From positions 248,107 to 312,106 of the forward strand of contig CAVYBJ010000017.1 in NCBI GenBank assembly GCA_963766685.1: 64,000 nucleotides of DNA, read 5' to 3'. Below, piece by piece: positions 30,001 to 40,141 of the stretch. Position numbers and translations under genes: made by a program. Source of the stretch: an uncultured Chloroflexia bacterium. GTDB taxonomy: Bacteria; Chloroflexota; Limnocylindria; Limnocylindrales; CSP1-4. Under the pieces are notes generated by a model, which was not told where the DNA came from, did no database searches, and saw only the letters and a list, made by a program, of their open reading frames with translations. Numbering within the stretch: the first letter of the stretch is position 1; the number at the start of each line of letters is the position of its first letter.

Positions 30001-31997
30001 TGCCCGAGGTCAAGGGCCTCGCCGAGGCCGACGCCAACGCCACCATCGCGGCCGCCGGCCTCGTGGTGGGTGCCACCGAGCAGAAGACCAACGCCACCAT
30101 CCCCGCCGGCCAGGCCGTCAAGACCGAGCCCGCCGCGGGCACCGAGGTGCAGCTCGGCTCGGCCGTCACCCTCACCGTCAGCAAGGGTCCCAAGCAGGTC
30201 AGCGTGCCCGCCATCGTGGGGCTCCTGCAGCCCGACGCCAAGGCCGCCATCCGGCCGCCGAGCTCACGGTCGGCACCAACGGCGTGGTCGAGGACCCCAG
30301 CCCCAAGAACACCGTCCTCTCCCAGGATCCGCCGGCCGACAGCATCGTGGCCGCCGGCAGCGCGGTGGACTACACCGTGAGCTCCGGTCCGCCGCTCACC
30401 CTCGTGCCCGAGGTCAAGGGCCTCGCCGAGGCCGACGCCAACGCCACCATCGCGGCCGCCGGCCTCGTGGTGGGGGCCACCGAGCAGAAGACCAACGCCA
30501 CCATCCCCGCCGGCCAGGCCGTCAAGACCGAGCCCGCCGCGGGCACCGAGGTGCAGCTCGGCTCGGCCGTCACCCTCACCGTCAGCAAGGGTCCCAAGCA
30601 GGTCAGCGTGCCCGCCATCGTGGGGCTCGCGGAACCGGATGCCCTGGCCACACTTGCGGCGGCCGAAGTCACGCCTGGCGCCCGCTCCGAGGCCAACAAC
30701 GACACCATCCCCTTCGGGGTCGTCGCGTCCCAGGACCCGCCCCAAGGCACGGTCGTGAACGCCGGAACCCCCGTCGCCTACACCGTCTCGATCGGCCCGG
30801 CGATCCAGCCGCGCGGTGTCGGGGGGACGCTCCAGGCGCCCGCCGTCATCGGCCAGCTCGACGCGATCGCCGCGACCATCCCGGCCCTGCGCGAGCTCCC
30901 GCCCGCGAACGCGCCATACGACGCGGTCAGCGCCAAGGACCAGCGCTCACTCCTCGCCGACCGGGCCGCGGCGATCCACCCGCCGGCCACCATCGCCGGT
31001 CGAGGAGGCCGCCCTCAAGCGCCTCGGCCTTCTCGCCGGAGGCGACGACCTCCAGAAGCTCCTGCGGCAGCTGTACGGGCAGCCGCTACCGGTGGCCTAC
31101 ACGGGCGGTGTCATCACCGTCGTCGACTCGCTCGAGAGCCTCTCGACGGGCGACCAGGCCCATGCAGCGCGCGAACTGGGCCGCTCGGCCACGGACGTCG
31201 CCTTCGGCCTCGGCCGGCTGCGCGTCGACGACGCCTCCCAGGGCGACCGAGCCCTCGCCGGCGTGGCGCTGGAGCAGGGCGACGGCACCGCCGTCATGCT
31301 CGACTGGCCCGCCGTGAGCGGGGCCACCGACCAGGCTGCCGTGGACGACGTCATCGTCCCTGGCGACGATGGGCTCCTGGCATCCATGCCCCAGCTCCTC
31401 CAGCGCGAGTACTCGCTGCCGTTCCTGGAGGGCCGGCTCTTCGTGGACAGGCTCCGCGAGAGCGGTGGCTGGGGCGCCGTGAACGCTGCCTGGTCCGACC
31501 CGCCGCGATCCACGGAGCAGATCCTCCATCCGAAGCTCTATCCCGGGGAGCAGCCTCGCCCGGTCGACCTGCCAGACCTCCGCGGCGCTCTCGGCGAGGG
31601 CTGGGGTGAGGCCTGGCGCCAGACCATGGGCGAGATGCGCATCGGCGTGTGGCTGGCCGACGGCCAGCCAGGGACCCAGGAGGGCCCGAAGGCACCCGTC
31701 AAGCTGCCGCGTGCCAACGCGGCGGCAGGCTGGGCGGGCGACCGCCTGGTCAGCCTCGACGGTCCCGGCGGCGCCTGGGCGATCGTCTGGCAGACGTCGT
31801 GGGACGGCGCGGAGGACGCGGGCCAGTTCACGGAGGCGGCGGCGGCCGCCATCGCGGACCTGCCCGGCGCCCATGCGGTGACCCCGGTGGATGTCTCCGG
31901 CACGGCTCCCGACCCCGTCCTCGTGCTCCTCACGAGCGATCCGGCCACGCTGGCGACCCTGCAGGCTGGCCTCGGGTTGGCGCCGCCCGCCGGCTGA
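24037..31997 (+). CDS. Giant (about 2,650 aa) single-pass membrane protein: an acidic low-complexity N-terminus, one TM helix, about 30 tandem PASTA domains, and a C-terminal degenerate MA-peptidase-like domain. It contains many single-nt frame breaks
   Basis: TM segment VLLVGGILVGAFIVALAIVILLF. The repeats VPDLAGSADEAAQALADARLVGAPSEAFSADVAAGDVMSQDPAAGTSVPVGSSVAYVVSLG match the PASTA fold pattern. The C-terminal domain aligns with the 22465 peptidase but reads QAHAAREL in place of HEYAH. Confidence 0.7.
24590..30800. repeat. Tandem coding repeat array: one divergent unit, 3 x 204 bp, one divergent unit, about 17 x 198 bp, one divergent unit, about 3.6 x 396 bp, one divergent unit
   Basis: Near-identical periodic units are visible directly. 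There is a graded variation along the array (ALADARL/GDVMSQ early, ALEAARL/GDVVSQ later). Confidence 0.85.
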
Positions 31998-32022
31998 GCG
32001 GCGCTCCCAGAACGAGTGAACG

Positions 32023-32050
32023 ACTGCGGCGGCTCCGCCCGCCGCAGTCT
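32023..32050. terminator. Hairpin GACTGCGGCGG-ctccgc-CCGCCGCAGTC between the convergent giant gene and argS
   Basis: An 11-bp perfect stem with a 6-nt loop at the convergent gene ends, followed by a TCTACATC stretch. Confidence 0.5.
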
Positions 32051-33749
32051 CTACATCGACTCGGGTGCGGAGATGCCCAGCAGCGCCAGGGTGTTGCGGA
32101 TGACGACGCGCGTCAGGTCGATGAGCGCCAGCCGTCCGGCCGAGGTGACGGGGTCCGCCGGATCGATGACGCGCCGGTCCCGGTAGAAGGCGTGGAAGGT
32201 GGTGGCCAACTCCGTGGCATAGGCGGTCACGCCCTGCGCCTCCTCTGAGCGCGCCGCGTCCTCCACGACCTCCGGCAGTCGCAGCAGGTCGCGCGCCAGC
32301 CCGCTGGCCACCGCGTCTCCAGCCAGCACGCCCTGGAAGGAGGTCGCCGGCGCCAGGCCTGCGTCCGCAGCCTTGGCCAGGATGGAACAGATGCGTGCGT
32401 GCGCGTACTGCACGTAGTACACGGGGTTCTCGGCCGACTGGCGGCGGGCCAGCTCGATGTCCACGTCGATGGGCGAGCTCGCCGAGCGCGTGGCGAAGGA
32501 CCATCGAGCGGCGTCCACGCCGATCTCCTCGAGCAGCTCGTCCAGCGTCAGGAACTCCCCGGAGCGCTTGCTCATGGGGATCTCCACGCCGTCCCGCACG
32601 AAGCGCACCCAGGCCACCATGAGCATCTCCACGGCGTCCTTGTCGAAGCCCATGGCCTCAGCCGCGTTGCGGACGCGGGCCACGGTGCCGTGGTGGTCGG
32701 CACCCCAGACGTAGATGAGCTTGTCAAAGCCCCGGCTGAACTTCTCGCTGACGTAGCCGATGTCCGACGCGAAGTACGTCGGCTCGCCGCCCGTGCGGTA
32801 GATGACGCGGTCCTTGTCGTCGCCGAAGGCCGTCGAGCGGAACCACGTGGCGCCCTCCGACTCGAACACGTGACCGCCGTCACGCAGCGCGGCCACGCCG
32901 CGGGCGACCCAGCCTTCCTCGTGCAGGCTGGCCTCGCTCTTCCAGACGTCGAAGTGGACGCCGAGCCGCTCCAGGCTGGCCTCGATGCCATCGCGGATGC
33001 GAGCCCCCGCCCAGTCGCCGACGCGAGCCTCCCGGTCCACGCCGGGAGCGGTGGCGGCCTCCCAGGCATCATCGGGCATGTCTGCTGCCAGCTCATCCAC
33101 GTAGCTGCCGCGATAGGCCTCTTCCGGCAGCGGCTCACCGAGGCGGCGGGCGATCACGGACGCGCCGAGCACGCGCACCTGGCGCCCCGAATCGTTGAAG
33201 TAGTACTCGCGCGTGACGCGGTGGCCGCCGCCTTCCAGGACTCGGCAGAGCAGGTCGCCGACGAAGGCGCCGCGCGCATTGCCTACGGTCAGGGGGCCGG
33301 TGGGGTTTGCCGAGACGAACTCCACGTTCACGTGTCGGGGGGTCTCCGGCGTGACCTTCCCGAAGTCCCGCCCGGCCGCGGTGGCCTCATCCAGCACGGC
33401 CTCCAGCCAGGCCGCGGAGAGGCGCAGGTTGAGGAAGCCGGGCGCGGCGACCTGGACGTCAGCGACCGCGGAGCCCTCCGGATGGGAGCGCAGGCTGGTC
33501 GCCAACGCCTCTGCGATCTGGAGCGGCGGGCGCCGCATCGGCCGCGCGAGCTTGAGGGCCAGGTTGGTGGCCAGGTCGCCATGGTCCGCGTTGGCAGGCC
33601 GCTCGACCTCCACCTCGGGGGTCTGACCGGGCTCGAGCCCCGGCAGCGCGCCCGCGCTGATGGCACTGCGCCAGCGCGGCCTCGACGAGCGCTCGCACGC
33701 GGGTCCGAACCGAGAGGACCGGGCTGCCGCTGCTGGGCGTCGACGTCAC
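32051..33749 (-). CDS. argS: Arginine--tRNA ligase, with one frame break near 33665 in the N-terminal domain
   Basis: ERPANADHGDLATNLAL, class I HIGH region (SANPTGPLTVGNARG), and a C-terminal DALR/anticodon-binding region. The N-terminal about 30 aa (..RVRALVEAALAQ) are in another frame. Confidence 0.85.
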
Positions 33750-34507
33750 GGCTGGCTTCCGATGTGCAGGCTGCCACCGGGTTCCGCCAGGCTCACCGGG
33801 CCCGGGAAGACCCGGTCGGCGACCTCCAGGGCAGCCCCGGGGTCGTGGGACTCGAGGATGTGGGTCAGGACGAGGCGGCCCGCGCGCCCGCGCAGGGCCA
33901 CATCGGCCGCCTGGGCGGCGGTCAGGTGATGGGCGCCGGCCTGGGGTGGCCGCGTCGACCAGAAGGCCTCGCAGAGCACGGTGTCACCCTCGTGGATGAG
34001 TGGCAGCAGGTCCTCGGCGCGGCCGCAGTCGCCGCTGTAGACGAGTCCGGGCCCGGCAGGGTCGTCCTGGGCCGTGACACGGAAGGCGTAGCTGTGCTCG
34101 GAGTGCAGCACGGGGTGAGTCTGCAGGTTGAACGGCCCGATCTCGCGGACGCCCGCCACGAGCTCCGGCCCGACGAGGTCACCCAGGAAGTCGGCTTCGC
34201 CGCAGAAGACGTCGTAGCGACGCCGGAGCTCATCGGGGACATGCAGTCCGATGCTGCGCGGCCGCTCGAACTGGTAGCGCAGGTGGTGACGCAGCGGGAT
34301 GAGGTCGACATGGTGGTCGGCGTGCATGTGGCTGATGACGACAGCTCGAAGACTCGACGGCTCCCGGTGTCCGAACAGCGCACCCAGCGAGCCCTGCCCA
34401 AGGTCCAGCACCAGCGCTTCTTCGCCGAGCTCCACGAGATACGACGACGACGGGCGACCGGGGCGCTGGGACCATGCGGCCGACGAGCCGAGGACGGTGA
34501 GCTTCAC
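33746..34507 (-). CDS. MBL-fold metallo-hydrolase
   Basis: Histidine motif (VISHMHADHHVDLIPL) and metallo-beta-lactamase fold. GTG start at VKLTVLGSSAA. Confidence 0.65.
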   Translation of the reverse strand: MKLTVLGSSAAWSQRPGRPSSSYLVELGEEALVLDLGQGSLGALFGHREPSSLRAVVISHMHADHHVDLIPLRHHLRYQFERPRSIGLHVPDELRRRYDVFCGEADFLGDLVGPELVAGVREIGPFNLQTHPVLHSEHSYAFRVTAQDDPAGPGLVYSGDCGRAEDLLPLIHEGDTVLCEAFWSTRPPQAGAHHLTAAQAADVALRGRAGRLVLTHILESHDPGAALEVADRVFPGPVSLAEPGGSLHIGSQP

Positions 34508-34592
34508 GCCCACGCACGCAGCGGGTGATTGCTCATGCTCGTGATCCGTGCTCCCCGTCCTGTCTGGCCTGTGATGGTCCCGGACAGGCAGC

Positions 34593-35510
34593 CTAGCGTG
34601 CCGGGGCGGTCCCTGCTGCGAGCCTGGCGGCCACCGAGGCCGCCTCGTTGATGCGGTCGGGCAACACCACGATCCCGGCTTCCCGTGCCCCGTCCCAGCT
34701 GGCGCTGCGGCCGCCGACCGCGAAGATGGGGCTGTGGCCGGCGTTGCGGAGCGCGGCGGCCACCTCGAGGGCCTGGAGCTGCTCGGAATCCTGGACGACG
34801 GCCAGCACCACGACCCGTGCTCTCTGCTGCCTGATGACGTGCACCCAGCTGGCCACGGGGACATCCGCGCCCAGGTACAGCACGCCGACGCCCAGGCGCC
34901 GCAACGCCACCGCGAACGCCAGCGCACCGAGCTCGTGGCGACCCTCCGGTGGCAGGCCGACCACCACGCTGGCCTCCCCGACGACCGCGGCCGCCTCGTA
35001 GAGGGCTGACAGCCGGCGGTGGATGGCGGCGCTCGCAGCGTGCTCTGCTGCCACGTCCAGCTGGCCGTCGACCCAGGCCGAGCCGAGCGAGCCAAGGGCC
35101 GGCATGAGCAGGTCGTCGACGATGGATTCGAACGATCCCTGCGCGAACATCTCGTCGAGGATGGCACCGGTCGCCGCGATGTCCATGGCCGTGGCGGCGG
35201 CCAGGAACCGCCCGGTGAGGTCTGCCTGGCGGACGCGCGTGGACTCGTCGCCGAGGGGCGCGGTCGCCGGCTGGACGAGCGGCAGCACGCCGATCTCGCC
35301 GGCCAGGATGGCGCGACTGGCCTCGCTGGCACTCCAGCCGCTATCGGTCAGCTCACGAACGCGCATCAACGTGGCGATGGCCTGATCGTCGTAGAGCCGG
35401 TAGCCGGACGCGGTGCGCTTGGGACTGACCACGCCGTAGCGGCGTTCCCACGCTCGGATGAGCGGGACGCTGACGCCGGAGCGGATCGAGGCTTGCTTGA
35501 TGTTGTACAT
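34593..35510 (-). CDS. carH: CarH/LitR-type light-responsive regulator: MerR-family HTH plus B12-binding domain
   Basis: N-terminal MYNIKQASIRSGVSVPLIRAWERRYGV matches a MerR HTH. The C-terminal PPEGRHELGALAFAVALRRLGVGVLYLGADVP closely resembles the B12-binding His loop of Thermus CarH. Confidence 0.8.
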   Translation of the reverse strand: MYNIKQASIRSGVSVPLIRAWERRYGVVSPKRTASGYRLYDDQAIATLMRVRELTDSGWSASEASRAILAGEIGVLPLVQPATAPLGDESTRVRQADLTGRFLAAATAMDIAATGAILDEMFAQGSFESIVDDLLMPALGSLGSAWVDGQLDVAAEHAASAAIHRRLSALYEAAAVVGEASVVVGLPPEGRHELGALAFAVALRRLGVGVLYLGADVPVASWVHVIRQQRARVVVLAVVQDSEQLQALEVAAALRNAGHSPIFAVGGRSASWDGAREAGIVVLPDRINEAASVAARLAAGTAPAR

Positions 35511-35798
35511 GCTTTGTGGAGCATATCACGGCTCTGTGACAGCCACAACGGAGAATCTCGCAACAAACCCTTGACAAGCAGTGAACAGCTGGGCTATCGT
35601 TCCGCCATCAGGTCAACAGACCTTGGACACCAAGCGCAGAGCGAGGAGACAACCACATGACCGACCGGTGGTCCCGCTAGGGGCCCACGCCCGGGGGCGC
35701 AGAGCGCCTCGTCCGTCCCGCCGGTGGGCCTCGAGGCTCGCCTGACAGAGCAAGAGGCTCATCCCACTCATCAGGACTCGTGGAAAGGAACCAACCAG

Positions 35799-36566
35799 AT
35801 GCGAACCCAGAAGCTTTCCATCCTCGGCGCCGCCGTCGCGCTCGCAGCCGTCTCGGTCATCCCGGTCGGCGTTGCCGCCCAGGACGACGCAGCGGAGATG
35901 GCCAAGGTCCGCGTCGGGCACTTCAGCCCGGATGCGCCCGCGGTCGACGTCTACGCCAACGGTGGGGCCATCCTCACCGACGTTCCCTTCGGCGTGCTCT
36001 CGGAGTACCTCGAGGTCCCCGGCGGCACCTACACCATCGAAGTCGTGGCTGCAGGCGCTGATCCTGCTGACGGCGCCGTCATCGGCCCGGTCGATCTCGA
36101 CTTCGCGGCTGGCACCATGACCACCGTGGCCGCGACCAACGCCCTGGCCTCCATCGAGGCGCAGGTCCTGGTCGACGAGCCCAACCCGCAGGACGGCATC
36201 GCCCAGGTGCGCGTCGTCCACTACAGCGCTGACGCGCCGGCCGTGGACGTCGCCCTCGATGGCGGCGACGTGGTCGTCGAGAACCTTGCCTACCCTGCCG
36301 CCGCTGGCTACCTCGACCTGCCCGAGGGCGAGTACGACCTCGAGATCCGCCCGACCGGCACGACCGACGTCGCCTTCGACATCGATCCGCTGGCGCTGGC
36401 AGGTGGCAACAGCTTCACGGTCTTCGCCATCGGCTCCCTGGCTGACGGCTCCTTCACGGTCCTGCCCGCGGTCGATGCCAGCCTCATGGCTGACGACGAC
36501 ATGACGGCCGAGGAGTCCATGGCCGCCGAGGACGAGGCCATGGCCGAGGAGTCCCCCGAGGCCTAA
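35799..36566 (+). CDS. Secreted DUF4397 domain protein
   Basis: Signal peptide, then repeated VRVGHFSPDAPAVDVYANG / VRVVHYSADAPAVDVALDG motifs. A GGAAAGGAA ribosome-binding site precedes the ATG. Confidence 0.75.
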   Translation: MRTQKLSILGAAVALAAVSVIPVGVAAQDDAAEMAKVRVGHFSPDAPAVDVYANGGAILTDVPFGVLSEYLEVPGGTYTIEVVAAGADPADGAVIGPVDLDFAAGTMTTVAATNALASIEAQVLVDEPNPQDGIAQVRVVHYSADAPAVDVALDGGDVVVENLAYPAAAGYLDLPEGEYDLEIRPTGTTDVAFDIDPLALAGGNSFTVFAIGSLADGSFTVLPAVDASLMADDDMTAEESMAAEDEAMAEESPEA

Positions 36567-36664
36567 GCCCGACACCTTCCCCTGGGCCGGCAGTGTGCTT
36601 CCCCTTCGCACTGCCGGCCTACCCCACCCCGCTGACCCGAACGACCCGAAAGGAAGTCACCCAG

Positions 36665-37976
36665 ATGTCTCAACCAACCACCCGAGGGCGCAAGATGGCG
36701 CTCCTTGGCATGGCCGCCGCCCTCTCGGCCGCAGCGGTCGTCCCGACCGCCGCCGCTGCCCAGGACGAGATGGCCGCTGAGATGGCCAAGGTCCGCGTCC
36801 TCCACGGCGCCGGCGACGCCCCGGCCGTCGATGTCTACGCCGGCGGCAACCTGGTCGTCGAGGGCCTCGAGTACGCCAAGCATCACGGACTACCTCGAGG
36901 TCCCCGGTGGCGAGTACCAGATCCAGGTCGTGCCCAGCGGCGCCACCCTGGAGGAAGGCCCCGTCGTCATCGACGCACCCCTGACCTTCGACGCCGGCAC
37001 CATGACCACGGTCGCGGCGACCGGCAGCCTGGCCGCCGGCATCATCCCCCAGGTCCTGGCCGACGCCCCGGCGCCCACCGCTGATGGCTCGCAGGTCCGC
37101 GTCGTCCACTTCAGCTTCGACGCCCCGGCCGTGGACGTCGCTCCCGACGGCGGCGACGCGCTCATCACCGACCTGGCCTTCCCGAACAACACCGGCTACG
37201 TCGACCTGCCGGCCGGCGCCTACGACCTCGAGATCCGCGCCGCGGGCACGGACACCGTGGCCTTCGACATCCCCGAGGTCACGCTTCGACGCCGGGCACC
37301 AGCTACTCCGTGTTCGCCGTCGGCGGGCTGGAGGACGGCAGCTTCACGGTCGTGCCGGCCGTCGATGCGGCCCTGGCCGGCGTGCGTGTCGGTCACTTCT
37401 CGGCCGATGCCCCCAACGTCGACGTCTACGCCAATGGCAGCGCCATCCTGACCGACGTGCCCTTCGGCGCCATCTCCGACTATCTCTTCGTGCCGGCTGG
37501 CACGTACCAGATCCAGGTCGTGCCCGCGGGCGCATCCCTCGAGGAGGGCCCCGTGGTCATCGATGCCCCGCTCACCTTCGAGGGCGGCACGCTGACGACC
37601 GTGGCAGCCACCAATGAGCTCGCCAACATCACCCCGGTCGTCCTCAAGGACAAGCCGGCTCCGGTCGCCGATGAGGCCCAGATCCGCGTCGTGCACCTGA
37701 GCGCCGATGCGCCCAAGGTCGACGTGGCCGCTGACGGCAGCAGCGTCAAGGACGCCATCTTCAAGGGACCTCAAGTACGGCAAGGCCAAGGGCTACGCCA
37801 CCGTTCCCGCCGGCGAGTACGACCTTGAGGTCCGTCCCGCGGGCGAGAAGAAGGCCGCCTTCGACATCGACCCCCTGATGCTCGAGGCGGGCAAGTCCTA
37901 CAGCGCCATGGCCATCGGCCAGCTCGGCGGTGGCTCGTTCAACGTCATCCTCGTCGAGGATGCCGCGGTCAACTAG
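36665..37976 (+). CDS. Secreted DUF4397 domain protein with three or four DUF4397 repeats; 3-4 frame breaks
   Basis: Signal peptide and the same repeat motifs (VRVLHGAGDAPAVDVYAGG, VRVVHFSFDAPAVDVAPDG, VRVGHFSADAPNVDVYANG, IRVVHLSADAPKVDVAADG), spread across three reading frames. Confidence 0.6.
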
Positions 37977-38073
37977 ACCATCCGCGGAGACTCACGGGGA
38001 CCGGTGTCCATCGGTCCCCCCTCCGCTCCCTCACCCCTCTGACATCCGACACGAAGGAAGGAAGGAACCCCTG

Positions 38074-38640
38074 ATGTTCAAGAAGCTCATGGCCGGCGTC
38101 ATCCTGGCCGCCGTCTCCGTCACGGCCCTCGTCCCCGCCGCCGTCTCTGCCGCGCCTGGCACGACGATCGTGGACAAGGCGATCGCGGTGAACAGCCGAA
38201 CCGGTGACTACGACACGCTCCTGACCGCCGCGACCTGTGACTACCTGGGCGGTGCCGTCGTGGACGTGCTCTCCTCCCCCGACAAGACGCTCTTCGCCCC
38301 GACCGACGCAGCCTTCCGCCGCCTGGGCGATGCCCTCGGCCTCGGCAAGGCCGGCCTGAACCCCAGCAACGTCTGCAGCGTTGACAGCCTCCTTGGCGAC
38401 GGCGTCCTGCTCGACATCCTGGCCTACCACGTCATCGACGGCAAGGTGAATGCCAAGACGGCCGTCTCTGCCATCGGCTCGAAGGTCGAGATGCTCAACG
38501 GCGACAAGGCCGAGATCTCCGTGCGCGGCGGCAAGCTGCGCATCGACGACGCGGTCATCCTGGCGACGGACATCCGCGCCAGCAACCTGGGCATCATCCA
38601 CGTCATCCAGAAGGTCATGCTGCCGCCCTCCCTGGGCTGA
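38074..38640 (+). CDS. Secreted fasciclin (FAS1) domain protein
   Basis: Signal peptide, TLFAPTDAAFRRL and ILAYHVIDGKV FAS1 motifs. An AAGGAAGGAAGGAA ribosome-binding site precedes the ATG. Confidence 0.8.
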   Translation: MFKKLMAGVILAAVSVTALVPAAVSAAPGTTIVDKAIAVNSRTGDYDTLLTAATCDYLGGAVVDVLSSPDKTLFAPTDAAFRRLGDALGLGKAGLNPSNVCSVDSLLGDGVLLDILAYHVIDGKVNAKTAVSAIGSKVEMLNGDKAEISVRGGKLRIDDAVILATDIRASNLGIIHVIQKVMLPPSLG

Positions 38641-38776
38641 CAGCGACAGACAGCTTCTCCCTCTGCTGATCAGGCCGGTCCCCTCGGGGACCGGCCTGAT
38701 CGATTCGTGGGGCTCGGAGGTGGGCGGTCAGCCGCCGCGATCGACCCGGCACCCGACGGGGCCGTGACGGGGTCCG

Positions 38777-40141
38777 TCAGGCAGGGGCTGCCACGACGCT
38801 GCTCGGCGCCGTGGCCGTGGCCGTCGTCGGGCGAGGTGGGCGACGGCCGCCTCCCGACAGCGCCTCGTACGCGATCTCGGGGCCCGGCATCGCCCGGAGG
38901 CGGTCGGAGATGCGGCCGGGCGTCCTCGGTGTCGATCGCAGCAGGCCGCGGATGCTGCCGGCGATGAGCGGCCGGCTGGACCGATTGGGATCGAGGGCCA
39001 CACCGGCCAGGTGTCGTTCGATGGCGGCGGCGCCGTCGAACTGGTCGCTCGAGAAGGGCATGACCAGCAGGGGTACGCCATGGGTGAGGGCTTCGGTCAC
39101 GCTGTTGTTGCCGCCGTGCGTCACGAGCAGGGACGCGTGCTCCAGGAGTGCCACCTGGGGCAGGCTGGCACGCACGAGCCAGTCCGAGGGGAGCGGACCG
39201 ATGCCCTCGGGACGATTGGCGCCGATGGCCATGGCCACGCGGGCCTCGACCCGGCGCAGTGCTGCGGCGATCCGCGCCAGGACGTCGCTGCGAGCAGACA
39301 GGAAGGTGCCGAGCGACACGACCACCAGCGGTCGTCCATCGGCACCCGCCAGCCAGGCTGCCGTCTCGTCGTCGGGCGACTCGTGGCGCACGGCACTGCC
39401 CAGGAAGGCGTGGCGAGGCAGGAGTGCCGTTCGCGCCGCTTCGTGGAGCTCCTCGGGGTAGGCGTAGAGGACCATGTCGCCGTGGGCGGCGAAGGCATCG
39501 CCGACGGGTTCGCTCCCCGGCGCCAGCGATCGCAGGACGCCGTCGTAGGCATCGCCGAAGGCTTCGCTGACGCCGCGCGCGATGGCCCGCAGCGTCGCCA
39601 GCTGGACCGGATCGGCGGTGATGGCGGACGGCCAGTCGGATGGCACGCCGTAGACCTCCGCGCCGACCGGCAAGGCCGTGGGGTGTCCGACGACGACGTC
39701 CGCGAACGGCGCGCCCATGGCGCGCAGGCCGATGGTGGCCGCGAAGGCGAGGTGATCCACGAGGATGGCGTCGGGACGCACGCGCTCGACGACACGGATC
39801 GTCCGCCGGGCCACGAGCTGCGGCCGCCACAGGAGATCGACGGCGCGGGCCTCCGCCTGGAAGCGCAGGGTGTCGAGCATGCCTCGGCGCGTGGCCGTGA
39901 AGAAGGCCTCCAGCGAACGAGCCTCGGCGCGGGAGCCCTGTCCGGCCCCGGCGGTGCCCGCGTTGGACCCGCGGGACATGACGAGCTCGACGTGCTCGAA
40001 CCCGGCAGCTGCCACCAGCGGGGCGACGGCCGGCCCGGTGGCCACCACGACCCGCTCGCCTCTCCTGGCCCAGGCTCGCGCGATGGTGAGCAGCGGGGTG
40101 GCGTGCGAGACGTAGTCGGGGCTGATGACCAGCAGCGTCAC
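38777..40141 (-). CDS. GT1-family (UDP-glycosyltransferase, MGT-like) glycosyltransferase
   Basis: HGGNNSVTEALTHGVPLLVMPFSSDQF signature. GTG start at VTLLVISPDY. The track ORF is over-extended at its 5' end. Confidence 0.7.
   Translation of the reverse strand: MTLLVISPDYVSHATPLLTIARAWARRGERVVVATGPAVAPLVAAAGFEHVELVMSRGSNAGTAGAGQGSRAEARSLEAFFTATRRGMLDTLRFQAEARAVDLLWRPQLVARRTIRVVERVRPDAILVDHLAFAATIGLRAMGAPFADVVVGHPTALPVGAEVYGVPSDWPSAITADPVQLATLRAIARGVSEAFGDAYDGVLRSLAPGSEPVGDAFAAHGDMVLYAYPEELHEAARTALLPRHAFLGSAVRHESPDDETAAWLAGADGRPLVVVSLGTFLSARSDVLARIAAALRRVEARVAMAIGANRPEGIGPLPSDWLVRASLPQVALLEHASLLVTHGGNNSVTEALTHGVPLLVMPFSSDQFDGAAAIERHLAGVALDPNRSSRPLIAGSIRGLLRSTPRTPGRISDRLRAMPGPEIAYEALSGGGRRPPRPTTATATAPSSVVAAPA

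Noticed and set aside
24590-30800. Highly periodic repeats that superficially resemble a CRISPR array or a mobile-element cluster
   Set aside because: The units are 198-396 bp with no short spacers, they maintain protein-coding potential, and they translate into PASTA-like domains. No cas or transposase genes are nearby.
27758-31317. Long antisense or overlapping ORFs in the repeat region (e.g. 27758..28741 minus Gly/His-rich, 30070..31317 plus Arg/Pro-rich, 28665..28940 minus)
   Set aside because: The compositions are typical of out-of-frame or antisense reading of GC-rich coding sequence. They fully overlap a better-supported gene.
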